Assembly (NCBI RefSeq): GCF_004010195.1
Contig: NC_057720.1
Coordinates: forward strand, 26,747,369 to 26,788,697
Origin: Chiloscyllium plagiosum
Lineage: Eukaryota
DNA length: 41,329 nt
Reading direction: 5' to 3'
Part shown: positions 25,591 to 37,003 of the stretch, piece by piece
How the letters are laid out: every line of letters begins with the position of its first letter
Position numbering within the stretch: position 1 is the stretch's first letter
Notes under the pieces: generated by a model
Databases searched by the model: none
What the model was told of the DNA's origin: nothing
The model's input: the letters and a program-made list of their open reading frames with translations, nothing else
Made by a program: the position numbers and the translations under genes

Positions 25591-25692
25591 TATATGTAAT
25601 AAAATTGATGTTATAAGTGAAAAAAATACATATTTAGTAGGTATTTTAAACAAAACATAATGGGGAAAAAAAGAGTAGCATTAAAAAGAAAT

Positions 25693-25911
25693 TTGGAGAA
25701 GCCAGAGTTGGACTGGGGTCTACACAGTTAAAAATCACACCAGGTTATAGTCCAACAGGTTTATTTGGAAGCACTAGCTTTCAGAGCGCTGCTTCTTCAT
25801 CAGGTGGTTGTGGAGTACAAGACAATTGCCCGATGAAGGATCAGAGCTCCGAAAGGTAGTGCTTCCAAATAAACCTGTTGATTTATAACCTAGTGTTGTG
25901 TGATTTTTAAC
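25693..25911. mobile_element. Short family B fold-back element with two opposed hammerhead cores
   Basis: Imperfect inverted arms ~25727-25803 and ~25829-25911; - strand CAC-CTGATGA..GAAAGCTA-GTG (25772-25806); + strand CCGATGA..GAAAGGTAGTG. Confidence 0.85.
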
Positions 25912-26249
25912 AGTAAAAAAAAATAGACTTCAAGTTATAGCATGCACAGATATGGGAAACAAACTGAAGGAACTGAAAATAATTATCTTACAGGAATATC
26001 ACATCTTACACACATTAACAAGAGGCTGGTAAGAAACTAAAAAAAGAGAATGTAATTCCAAAAATATGTACAGGATTCCTACCTCAAGCAATATGTTATT
26101 AGGTCTACAAGGTCATAAGTGTTTCTAAATCTGGTTATGAGTAATGAAGTAAGTCCGTTCAAAGTGGCAAATGATAATCACAACATACTTCAGATTCAAG
26201 AAGCTAACAGGAAAATGTAAAAATTAGAACAAAAACTAAAACATCACAA

Positions 26250-26482
26250 GATTTGGGGTAAGCCAGTTTAGACTGAGGAGACATTTCTTCACCCAGGGTC
26301 TGTGGAATTCTCTCCCACAGAAGGTAGTTGAGGCCAAAACATTAAATGTTTTCAAAAAGGAGATAGATATAGTTCTTGGGCTAAAGGGAGCAAGGGTATG
26401 GGAAGAAAGTGAACAGGGTGTTGAGTTGGATGATCAGATATTGAAATGACCTGTTCCTGCTCCTATTTCCTATGTTTCTGTA
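26250..26482 (+). mobile_element. CR1 3' fragment
   Basis: Similar to 20190-20453; tail CCTATGTTTCTGT. Confidence 0.8.
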
Positions 26483-27302
26483 TAACTGGACTAATTGAAA
26501 TTTTAGAAAGATGAGCAGTGAGTTAGCTAAGGTGACATAAAAGGGAAAAAATAGCATGGTGTACAACGGGGCAAAAGTGGATCAATTAAAGGATTCAAAA
26601 TAAGCAAATGCCATTTAAAAAATGAAGCAACCAAGAGATGCAGGAGATTATGGAAACAAAAAAAAGATGCGAGAACCCATTTAAAATTAAAGCAGTAGGT
26701 TTAATACAGGCTATAACAATAAAGCATACTTGGCGCAAAGGAAGTTGTGATTGTTAGAGGTCAATCACAGTCACAGCAGTTTGTCAGGGGGTAATGTCCT
26801 CAGCCCAACTATCTTCAGCTGCTCTTTATAAGATCAGAGATAGGGATGTTTGCTAATGATTGTATACTGTTTATCTCCATTCAAAATTCCTCAGTCAGCC
26901 TCACGTGCAGCAAAACCGGGACAATATCAGTAACCCACTAATTACCAACAATAAACTCTGCCAACAGAGAAAACCATCCTTCCTTAACCATCATTGAACA
27001 CTCCCTCATCATCAACATTTTAGAGGTTACTAGATTGATCAGAAACTTAACTGGTCTAGACACATAGGTTTTTTGACGACAAGAACAGTTCAGATACTGA
27101 GAACATGTGGTGAATAACTCACCTGCCGACCCTGCACCAACAAGGCACAAATGTAGCAAAATACTCACCAAGTTCCTTCCCAAATATAGTTTCAAATTCA
27201 GTCAAGATCATGGCTGCCATCCAAGACAAAGTACTCCATTTGATTGACACCCCATGCACCACCTTAAACAATTCCCATTTGTCACTAATACATTGTGGAC
27301 AG

Positions 27303-28188
27303 CTGAGCTGGAAGGTCCATTTCCAGATGTTTCATCACCCTACTAGGTAGCATCTTCAATGGGCCTCCGGGCGAAGCACTGCTAATAATTCCTGCTTTCT
27401 ATTTATATATTTGAGTTTCTTTGGGTTAGTGATGTCATTTCCTGTGGTGACATCATTTCCTGTGGTGATGTCATTTCTTGTTCTTTTTCTCAGGGGGTGG
27501 TAGATGGGGTCTAATTCGATGTGTTTGTTGATGGAGTTCCAGTTGGAATGCCATGCTTCTAAGAATTCTCGTGCATGTCTCTGTTTGGCTTGTCCTAGAA
27601 TGGATGTATTGTTCCAGTCGAGGTCGTGTCCTTCCTCATCCATATGTAAGGATACTAGTGAGAGAGGGTTATGTCGTTTTGTGGCTAGTTGGTATTAATG
27701 TATCCTGGTGGCTAGTGGACAAACAGGCAGAAAACTAGCCTCCAGGATACATGAACATCAACTAGCCACAAAAAGATATGACCCTCTCTCACGAGTATCC
27801 TCACTTACGGATGAGGAAGGACACCACTTTGACTGGGACAACACATCCATTCTAGGACAAGCCAAACAGAGACATGCATAGGATTTTCTAGAAGCATGGC
27901 ATTCCAACCGGAACTCCATCAACAAACACATCGAGTTAGACCCCATCTACCATCTCCTGAGAAAAAGAACAAGTAATGATATCACCACAGGAAATGACAT
28001 CACCAACCCAAAGAAACACAAACATATAAATAAAAAGCAGGAATTATCAGGCAGTGCTTCGCCCGGAGGCTTACTGAAGATGTTACCTAGTAGGGTGATG
28101 AAACGTCTGGAAATGAACCTTCCAGCTCAGTGAGCAAACCTACATCTAGAACCTCAACCTGAGCTACAAACCTTCTCAAAATTCGCTA
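27303..28188. mobile_element. PLE (Poseidon-like) inverted 3' duplication: GIY-YIG C-terminal half plus pseudo-LTRs
   Basis: + strand GQTGRKLASRIHEHQLA..FDWDNTSILGQAKQRHA*DFLEAWHS..INKHIELDPIY; mirrored on - (27303-27715); TSD ATTGTG(G/T)ACAG (27292-27302, 28189-28199). Confidence 0.92.
28071..28110 (+). ncRNA. Minimal type-I hammerhead ribozyme motif (core intact)
   Basis: TTA-CTGAAGA-T-GTTACC-TAGTAG-GGTGAT-GAAA-C-GTC-TGG; stem I relies on G.U pairs. Confidence 0.7.
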
Positions 28189-28717
28189 ATTGTGTACAGT
28201 CTATAAGATGCACTGCAACAACTCACCACGATTAACTCGATAGCATCTTCCAAATCCATAACATTTATCTCCGGAATGGAATACCTCACCACACTGATGC
28301 AGCTGTTCAAAGCAGCTCAGACTACATTCTCCAGGGCAATTTAGGGTGGGCAATAACATTCAAATGCTAAGCACTGTTTTTATTATAAAAAACTAAAGAA
28401 GGATATGACAAAATAAGAGAAAAATGTTACAAGCAGGATAAGGAGAACTAAGAGGGAGTTTAAGGGAAAAATGTCAAAGGATTGTCAAGGGGAACAGCTT
28501 TTATAAATCCACCAATAAAAAGAGAATTACTAAAAGTGAGATAAGAGTCCTGAGAGGAGAGAATTGTTAACGTATATGTGATGATCAAAGGGAGAATTTA
28601 TACATGCCTCACATCGGTCTTTAAGGAGAAAGTGAGGTCTGCAGATGCTGGAGATCAAAGTTGAAACTTTATTGCTGGAACAGCACAGCAGGTCAGGCAG
28701 CATCCAGGGAACAGGAG

Positions 28718-28753
28718 ATTCGACGTTTCGGGCACAGGCCCTTCTTCAGGAAT
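28718..28753 (-). ncRNA. Minimal type-I hammerhead ribozyme motif (core and stems I/II intact)
   Basis: ATTC-CTGAAGA-A-GGGC-CTGT-GCCC-GAAA-C-GTC-GAAT: stem I ATTC/GAAT, stem II GGGC/GCCC, palindromic ACGT stem III, GUC triplet. Confidence 0.85.
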
Positions 28754-28755
28754 GG

Positions 28756-28788
28756 CCTGAAGAAGGGCCTGTGCCCGAAACGTCGAAT
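28756..28788 (+). ncRNA. Mirror hammerhead core (stem I mostly lost at the fold-back junction)
   Basis: C-CTGAAGA-AGGGCCTGTGCCC-GAAA-CGTC-GAAT. Confidence 0.65.
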
Positions 28789-28846
28789 CTCCTGTTCCCT
28801 GGATGCTGCCTGACCTGCTGTGCTGTTCCAGCAATAAAGTTTCAAC

Positions 28847-28916
28847 TCACATCGGTCTTTAGTTAACTGAACATTATCAGATCACATCGGTCTTTAGTTA
28901 ACTGAACATTATCAGA
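28847..28916. repeat. Perfect 35-bp tandem duplication starting at the TSD
   Basis: TCACATCGGTCTTTAGTTAACTGAACATTATCAGA x2 (28847-28881, 28882-28916). Confidence 0.97.
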
Positions 28917-29709
28917 CAGGAAATAAATTGTGAAATGGTTAAAAGGAAAATGAATGGTTTAGTGATGAATAAAAGTAAAATGCTGATGATACTGGAGGAA
29001 TTATATTCTGGATTTACGGAGGTCACAGTGCAGATTCACTTGACTTCTTGCAGATCTAAGGCAATACAAATATGAAGAAATGTGTGAATAATTGTTTAGA
29101 TGTATGTGAACTCAGATTATTGGATTGATATGATTGAAAAATGTAAAATGATGAATGGATGGGGAATGGGATATGAAGTGCGGCTGTTTTCACAAGTTGT
29201 GGATCGAGACTGAATGGCGAGGGATGAAAGATTAAGACTGAGGAATTTGATTCTGTCATGCTGTTTTTGCCAAATACTATGGAAACCCAAAAGCAGAAAA
29301 TAGTGTGAACTGTGTCACCCATCATGTCCAACATGGCCTCCATGGGGTCCTTTTTGGTCCTGAAAGAGTCATGAGAGATCTGACATTGATGTTAAACAAC
29401 CATTCCTAATAAAAACAGAAAGTGCTGGAAGATCTCAGCAGGTCCAACAGCATCTGTGGAGAGAGACAGTTGATGTGGAAGTGCTGGTGTTGGACTGGGG
29501 GATGGACAAAGTTAAAACTCACACAACACCAGATAGTCCAGCAGGTGCGGCACAGTGGCTAGCACTGCAGGCTCACAGTGCCAGAGACCCGGGTTCAATT
29601 CCAGATTCGGGCGACTTCATGGAGTTTGCACATTCTCCTCGTGTCTGCGTGGGTTTCCTCCGGGTACTCCGGTTTCCTCCCACAGCCTAAAAACGTGCAG
29701 GTTAGGTGA

Positions 29710-30116
29710 TCAAAGTTTGGGAGAAGATTTGTAGCTCGGGTGCTCATTGTTGTGGTTCTGTTCGCCCCCGAGCTGGGAATTTGTGTTGCAGATGTTTCGT
29801 CCTCTGTCTAGGTGACATCCTCAGTGCTTGGGAGCCTCCTGTGAAGCGCTACAGAGAACAGCCAGGGAATTCCTAGAGGCATGGCACTCATCCACAGATT
29901 CAATCAATAAGCACATCGACCTGGACCCAATATACCGGCCACTGCAGCGGACAGCTGGAACTGACAACCGGAAGCGGCAGATACAAATCACTATAAATGC
30001 CGGAGGAAACATCACAGAAGTGCTTCACAGGAGGCTCCCAAGCACTGAGGATGTCACCTAGACAGGGGACAAAATGTCTACAACACAAATTCCCAGCTCG
30101 GCGAACAGAACCACAA
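29710..30116. mobile_element. PLE family C: short GIY-YIG C-terminus between inverted pseudo-LTRs
   Basis: TSD CAGGTTAGGTGA (29698-29709, 30117-30128); QRTAREFLEAWHSSTDSINKHIDLDPIY; arms ~29738-29850 and ~30019-30118. Confidence 0.92.
29788..29827 (-). ncRNA. Minimal hammerhead motif (AUC triplet)
   Basis: GCA-CTGAGGA-T-GTCACCTAGACAGAGGAC-GAAA-C-ATC-TGC; stem I GCA/TGC; the + strand mirror (30042-30081) has GAAA>AAAA. Confidence 0.65.
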
Positions 30117-32416
30117 CAGGTTAGGTGAATTGACCATGCTAAATTGCCCATAGTGTCAGATGCATTAGTAAGAGGGAAATGGGTCTGGGTGGGTTGCTCT
30201 TCGGAGGGTCGGTGTGGATCTGTTGGGCCGAAGAGCTTGTTTCCACACTGTAGGGAATCTAGTCTAATCAAGGTTCATTTACTTCCAAATAAACCTGTTC
30301 GACTTTAACCTGGTGTTGAGAGAATGACAGACAGAGTTAATGTTTCCACTGCAGTTCAACTCTTCTTTGTAACGGAGAGGTAGTTTCTTTTTGTGTGTCT
30401 TTGACAGAGGGAGAGGAGGAGGAAGTGGAACAGTTTCTGCGGGTGCCCAGAGCAAAAGACAAGAGCGGTGATAATGATGATAAAGGAGAAATGTAAGATA
30501 GGTGTAAAATGTTAGGTGTGAAAAGGAGAAAATGGGCATGCTAAGTTAACAAGACAGAAACAAGGTGCTCAGGTTGCTATTCCGCTTGCTCGTCCTTTTC
30601 CTTTGTCACGAGCATAAAAACCATTCATTTCTAGCTCCTTTCAGTTCCTGAGAGGAATCATACTGAACTGACCACATTAACTGTTTCTCTTTCCATTGCT
30701 GCTGGACCTGCTAAGTTTCTCCAAGATTTTCTGTTTTTATTTCAGATTTACAACCTGTGCAGTGCTTTGCTTTTATATTAACCATTCCGAATGATTTGAA
30801 GCACTTGTATGAAGTTTAATCACGAATATCTGTGCTCATCACTCAGAAGGGAAGGGGATTTAGTCACATGTACACAACAAGTCTGCAAGAAGGGCTGCAG
30901 CTGAATCTACAAAATGACCAAAAAATAGAGCAGGAACTGCAAAGAGGCGAAGCTCCATAAAGTGAGAGGAGGAGGGATCGCCACAGAAATCCCTATTCAC
31001 CACATTTTCAGAGACAAATTCTCATGCATCTATCTTATCCAGGTAAAATGTCTAAGAACCTGCAGCCTACGGGTGAGGACAGAACTGGCAGTAGCCATAA
31101 ACCATACAGAAAGGTGAATGTGACTGGATCATTCCAAGTGAGATCAGGTGACATATTGAACATCTCTGAGTTTGCCATTCACTGCCAGCTCTTCATGTTC
31201 ATTTGGAAGTGCAAAACTTCATATCTATCCACATTAAAATGTATCTGTCAATGGTCTGCCCATTTCACCAGTCCATTTACGTTCAGCAAACTATGACATC
31301 CTCCTTCTTATTAGCTACATTGACAAGTTTTGTACTATCCACAATACTTTGAAATGCCAGGTTCTGGTCATTTATTTATAACAAGGAAAGCAATTATCAA
31401 TTAGTGGGAGATTCGATTCTGTGCTGTCCTCCAGTCTGAAGAATATCTGTCTGCCTCTGAATCAATTTTATACCCATGTTACCATTATCCTTTTGATCCC
31501 ATGTGTTTCAACTTTGTGAATAAGTCAGTTAACATAGTATTTTATCAATTGCCTTTTGAAAATCCATCAATACAACATTTAACACATTACCTTTACCAAT
31601 TGTCTCTGTCATATTATCAAAGGACTCAATCAAGTGTTATGATCCTGAAAATGTCCATCATTTGTTTCAACCAGGCAAGGGATGAATAACTTTTTTTCAA
31701 TAGACAAAGTATGAGATCCAGCTTTACAATGCAATGTTAAAACAATAATATTATTTACAAATCATCAACAACATTTTCTAACGCAGAATATAGATTGTGG
31801 TAAATGTAAGTGACAGACTGTGTTTGAACATCCCATAGCACACATGAAAAAGCAAATGCAATCAAGACAGATCTCATGGATTTCTCACTATTCTCCCTAA
31901 ACATTAAACATGCGACAGAAGGCTGTCATCAAATCTCAATAAACTTCCCGAGGATCCCAATCGCTTTTGCTGAACTGGCCTTGAAACCCATCCTCACAAG
32001 CCATTCCATCAAGGACTGCCTCAACACTGCTCCCATTCAGGTAAAAATTCTCCTTTCCTGGGTCAATGCTCCACTTGACTCTGAAATGCACTCCTATAAC
32101 TCATTCACAAGCATAACTCCAGCTCTTCACCAATAACTAGCTTCACCGAGTTAAAACTGCCCTGGAGATCTTCTTTGAGCTCTAAATTTGCTCAGTTACA
32201 TCGAACTAATGTTTCTTGTGGATTTTTCAACTCCCACACTCAACTAAAGTGAACTATTTGTGGCACATGGCATCTTGGAAACCCTGAAAGCTCCCTTGTC
32301 ACAAGCTGCTATTCAACTGCTCTAGAACATTGCTAAGCACTCACTTCACAAAAATCCAGTAGCTTGGCTGTCTTTAGCAGCACTGTTAACAGCAGCACTG
32401 ACTAACATGGAGCTTG

Positions 32417-32476
32417 GTTCTGTTCTCTGCTTCTGTTTTGTTCTGCTTCTGTTTTGTTCTGCTTCTGTTCTGTTCT
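32417..32476. repeat. (TTCTG)n-like microsatellite
   Basis: Imperfect TTCTG/TTTTG repeats. Confidence 0.85.
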
Positions 32477-32529
32477 CCAATTAAGTCTAATAGTGGAACT
32501 TTTGATCTGCAGAGACATCTGATTTTTAA

Positions 32530-32845
32530 AAAATTCATTCATGTGTTGATGGAGTCACTGGCTAGGCCAGCATTTATTGCCCATCCCCAATTGCCCAGAG
32601 GGCAGGTAAGAGTCAACCACATGTAGGCCAGACTAGGTAAGAATGGCAGTTTCCTTCCCTCAAAGACATTAGTGAACCAGACAATTTGAAATGGATTCAT
32701 GGACATCATTAGCCTCTTAATTCCAGACTTGTATTGAATTCAAATTCTACCATCTGCTATGGCAGGCTTCAAACCTAGGTCCCCAGAACATTGCCTGGGT
32801 TTCTGTATTAACAATCCTGTGATAACACCACTAGGCTATCACCTC
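32530..32845 (-). mobile_element. tRNA-derived SINE with LINE-derived tail
   Basis: - strand A box TAGCCTAGTGG, B box GGTTTGAAGCC, central CTGGTTCACTAATGTCTTTGAGGGAAGGAAA, tail GGGCAATTGGGGATGGGCAATAAATGCTGGCC. Confidence 0.8.
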
Positions 32846-33048
32846 CCCAAGGAGAGATCTCATTTTGAGAGATCCGTTGAAAACTTTACAATAAACCCTG
32901 CTCCTACTACTTGCCAGAATTAAATATTGCTGTTTGCAATTCCTAGAACTGTCGCTCTCCAAATGTTACATTCTCACAGTGTGCTGGAAACACTGGCCCC
33001 CTTGAAAGAAAGAAAGCTTCACAATAAAAAACGGTTTCTCTACAGAGG

Positions 33049-33255
33049 CTTTGGAAGTACAGCAAGCAGTTATCATAAACTGCTAACAAACAGCTTATTA
33101 CATAGTTAACAGGAAATCCTTTCACTTCCATATACTCTCAATGTTGTGTTTAAGCAAGACTATAAAACATTAACTCAAGCAAAAGCTGGGACATGTAACA
33201 ACTAAGATTAGCTAGATTTATATTTCATATCGTTTACATAACTCAGCACTGATGT
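33049..33255. repeat. Diverged direct repeat, copy 1 (LTR-like?)
   Basis: Colinear blocks shared with 34151-34340 (CTTTGGAA, TTAACAGG, CAAGACxATAAAAC, AAGATTAGCxAGATTTA, ACATAACTxAGCACTGATGT). Confidence 0.7.
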
Positions 33256-33299
33256 ATTTCTCGTACCTGTTCCTTAAACTCAGGACATAACATCAACAA

Positions 33300-33890
33300 T
33301 TAATCTTTTCCTGGTCAACCAAGTGCACTAAAATTCATCAAAGATCTCTTCAAGAGCATCTTGACCAATTAGTACTTGCATTTTCTAACATGAGTTTTCA
33401 TCCTTTTTTACAAATGCAGATAAGCAAAGCCTCCTCTGCTTCATATATGGAAGTGTATTTGTCATGCTCTATAATACAGATTACTTTTGCATTGACTTCT
33501 CAATTTGAAAACAGAAGATGATCAGTTTCTTATTTTTCTCTTCTGTTGATAGAAACACACTTTCAATGGGTCTTTCAAGTTTGAACCGGGGAACATACAT
33601 TTCTAACTCACATCCAGCACCAAACTCATCTTCCACAAACATTTCCTCCTTAACGGATTTAGGCACTTAAGATGAAGAAACCAGCAATGAGGGGGTTTGT
33701 TTTCATTATCCAAACCATTTTCTACTTTATCTGAGCAATTTGCAACAGCCCTCTGCACACATTCATATTCTTCTTGCTGATGATTCAAAAGTAAGGCCTT
33801 CATTTCCAAATCTTTCACAATTTCTCTCAAACATTGGCTGACTGTCTTATTTTCCAATTCCGTTTCAATTTGCTCATTTTTTCATTCAAA
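33300..33890 (-). pseudogene. Frameshifted coding-like relic, possibly Gypsy gag
   Basis: Overlapping ORFs 33603-33857 and 33481-33666; coiled-coil-like N-terminus then YVPRFKLERPIESVFLSTEEK, loosely like the gag VPxF.E...E.FF..FEK motif. Confidence 0.3.
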
Positions 33891-33912
33891 TTAGCAACCA
33901 CTCCAAAGAATT

Positions 33913-34045
33913 AGACCATAAGACCATAAGAAATAGGAATGTAAGTAAGGCCATTTGGCCCATCGAGTCCACTCCACCATTCAATCATGGCTGATGGGCA
34001 TTTCAATGCCAGTTACCGTGCCTGTATCCCTCAATTCCTTGCGAG
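33913..34045 (-). mobile_element. CR1 3'-tail fragment
   Basis: (GACCATAA)2 GAAATAGG..AGGCCATTTGGCCCATCGAG..TCAATCATGGCTGAT, typical reverse-complemented CR1 3'UTR. Confidence 0.75.
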
Positions 34046-34150
34046 TTCAGCTGTCTTTACTTCTAAGTCATGTATAGAACCTTAATGCAAGCTTAACAAC
34101 TTCGTATGGTGTTACAAATCATTGGGGGTAACGCACTTGAACTCAGAAAA

Positions 34151-34340
34151 CTTTGGAATACAAGCTCCGATCATAACTTCTAATAAACCTGTCATTAACA
34201 GGTAACCCTTTCAGTTCCATACTTCCAATATTGTATTAACAAGACAATAAAACCTCAACTCAAACAAAACCCAGTCCACGTAACAAGCAAGATTAGCCAG
34301 ATTTAAACATCAAATCACTAACATAACTGAGCACTGATGT
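34151..34340. repeat. Diverged direct repeat, copy 2
   Basis: See 33049-33255. Confidence 0.7.
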
Positions 34341-34809
34341 GCTGAGTTGTTCTGGAGTTATGACAAAAGTTAAAGTTTTTAAAAGAAATGTGAAAAATCC
34401 CCAAGCAGCCTGATTTCAGATCCAATTGATCAAAAGTCTGGACTAAGTTTCTATACTTAACAGGAGTTGCTATTTAATACAGGTCATTAGATTCGAGCTA
34501 AAGGTGCAAAACGATGGCGTATAACACTACTGAAAACTTCCAAACTCCTTATTAACTCACACACAGACAGAGATCATATGGATGAATGGAAAACTAGAAA
34601 AGCAGTTCTGTAGTCTTTACTTAGTAGACCCTTTGGGTTGGTTCCACAGATTTGCAAAAGGCATAGGGTGGCTGGTTCACTTATGAAATGTCTCTGATTT
34701 ATCAATTTAAAGGGTCTTCTTGAAGCAGGTGGGGCCTTCAGATTGGAGCAAGGAGACATTAAAGATGTCAGTAAATACTCCACCAGCAGGTCCACATGGG
34801 GTTTGAGTA

Positions 34810-34993
34810 CACAGCTTGGTAAGACAACTACTCTTCCCAAGACCATAAGAAATTACCGAAAATTGTGAACACAGCCCAGACCATCACGCAAGCCAACCTT
34901 CAAACTATTGACTCCATTTACACTTCTCCTTGTTGCAGAAAGGTAGCTAACATTATCAAACACCACTCCCACCCCAATTATAATCTCTTCCAA
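34810..34993 (+). mobile_element. Rex1/Babar LINE 3' coding fragment, left half
   Basis: TAW*DNYSSQDHKKLPKIVNTAQTITQANLQTIDSIYTSPCCRKVANIIKHHSHPNYNLFQ. Confidence 0.8.
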
Positions 34994-37003
34994 ATGGGTG
35001 TGATGTATGGCAGTTATAGGAAGGGAGAAAAGCCGCAGATACTGTCAGGTAGATGGGTTTACTCCAGGCAAGGGAGGAGAGGTAGGCAGGTAGCGCAAGA
35101 GTTATCCCCATCTCAAACAAGTGTGCTGTTTTGAAAAATGCAGGGGGTGATGGACTCTCAGGAGAATTAACATGAACAGCCAAGCTTCTGGTACCGAGAA
35201 TGACTGTACATCAGGTTCCAAGCGATCGATTGTGCTAGGGGAGTGTCTAGTCAGAGGCACACACAGATGTTTCTGCATCCAGCAGCAAGAAATCAGAATG
35301 CTATGTTGTCTCCCTGGTGCCAGGATCAAGGATATCTCAGAGAAGGAGCAGAATATTCTTTAAGGGGAGAGAGACCAGCAGGAAGTCGTTGTACACATTG
35401 GAACTAATGATGTAGGAAGGGAAAAGGATGAGATTCTGAAGGGAAAATACAGAAAGTTAGGCAGGAATTTAAAAAGGAGGTCCTCGTGAGTCGTAATATC
35501 TGGATTACTCTCAGTGTTATGAGTTAGGAATAGGAGGATAGAGCAGATGAATGCGTGGCTGAGGAGCTGGTGCAGGGCAGAACGGTTCGCATTTTTGGAT
35601 CATTGGAATCTCTTCTGGGGTAAAGTGACTTGTACAAGAAGGATGGATTGCACTTGAATTGAAAGGGGACTAATATTCTGGCAGGGAGATTTCCTCAAGC
35701 TTTTCCGATGGATTTAAACTCATAAGATGGAGGGGGTGGAACCCAGGGAGATAGTGAGATAAGAGATAAATCTGAGACTGGTACAGTTGGGAAAAGAAGC
35801 GAGTCAAACAGTCAGGCAGGCAGGAACAAAGCAGAGAACAGGGTAGGACTGATAAATTACACCACATTTATTTCAATGCAAGAGGCCAAACAGGCAAAGC
35901 AGATAACTCAGGGCATGGTTATGAACATAGGACTGGGATATCATAGCAATTACAGAAACATGGCTCAGGAATGGACGGGACTGGCAGCCTAATGTTCCAG
36001 GATACAAATGCTACAGGAAAGAGAGAGGGGGGACAAGAGGGGAGGGGGAGTGATGTTTTTGATAAGCGATAGTATTACAGCTGTACTTAGGGAGGATATT
36101 CCAAGGGATACATCCAAGGAAATTATTTGAGTGGAACTGAGAAATAAGAAAGGGATGATCACCTGATTGGGATTGTATTATAGACACACCCCACCCCCAA
36201 CCCCCTCCCCCAGTTGTCAGCAGGAAATTGTGAATCAAATTTATAAGGAGATCTCAATTATCTGTGAGAATAATGGAATGGTAATGATAAGAGATTTTAA
36301 CTTTCCAAACATAGGCTGGGACTGCCATAGTGTTAAGAGTTTAGATGGAGTGGAATTTGTCAAGTGGGTACAAGAAAATTTTCTGATTTAGTATGTGGAT
36401 GTACCTACTAGAGAAGGTGCAAAACCTGATTTACTCTTGGGAAATAAGGCAGGGCAGGTGACTGAGGTGTCAGTGGGGGAGCACTTTGGAGCCAGCGACC
36501 ATAATTCTATTAGTTTTAAAATAATGATGGAAAAGGATAGATCAGATCTAAAAGTTGAAGTTGTAAATGGAAGGGTGTCTAATTTTGACGGTATTAGGCA
36601 AGAACTTTCAAAACCTGACAGGAGGCGGATGGTCCTGGGTAAAGGATTGGCTGGAAAATGGGAAGCCTTCAAAAATTAGATAACGAGAGTCCAGAGACAG
36701 CATATCACTGTTAGGGTGAAAGGCAAGACTGGTAGGTATAAGGAAAGCTGGATGATGAGAGAAATTTGAGGTTTTGGTTAAGAAAAAGAAGGAAGCATAT
36801 GTCAGGTATAGACAGGAGAGATCACGTGAATCTTTAGAAGAGTATAAAGGCAGTAGGAGCATACTTAAGAGGGAAATCAGGAGGGCAAAAAGGGGACATA
36901 AAATAGCTTTGGCAAATGAGGTTAAGGAGAGTCCCAAGGGATTATATAAATACATTCAGGACAAAAGGACAACTAGGGAGAGAATAGGATCCCTCAAAAT
37001 TCA

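Larger units (their letters stand above)
26760..28355 (+). mobile_element. Old CR1/L2-class LINE remnant split by a PLE
   Basis: VLSPTIFSC and MFANDC (FADD-like); 3' end AGGGCAATTTAGGGTGGGCAATAA matches the tail of the SINE at 32530-32845. Confidence 0.6.
28624..28847. mobile_element. Young non-coding family A fold-back element with perfect 92-bp inverted arms
   Basis: Arms 28659-28750 and 28756-28847, loop AATGG, 35-nt unpaired tail 28624-28658; TSD CACATCGGTCTTTA (28610-28623, 28848-28861). Confidence 0.95.
29543..30270 (+). mobile_element. HE1-like V-SINE, interrupted by a PLE
   Basis: A box GGCACAGTGG, B box GGTTCAATTCC, V-domain, tail TGTAGGGAATCTAGTCTAATC; matches 22666-22931. Confidence 0.9.
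29473..30318. mobile_element. Family B fold-back element split by a SINE
   Basis: Head GGTGTTGGACTGGGG..CACACAACACCAG (29473-29543) and inverted arm CTTCCAAATAAACCTGTTCGACTTTAACCTGGTGTTG (30282-30318). Confidence 0.75.
29408..30775. mobile_element. Old family D PLE remnant with inverted ends, hosting nested insertions
   Basis: 29408-29470 is roughly the reverse complement of 30680-30742; sequence resumes at ~30325 after the inserts. Confidence 0.6.

Noticed and set aside
29543..29610. tRNA gene
   Set aside because: A/B boxes belong to a SINE head; no full cloverleaf.
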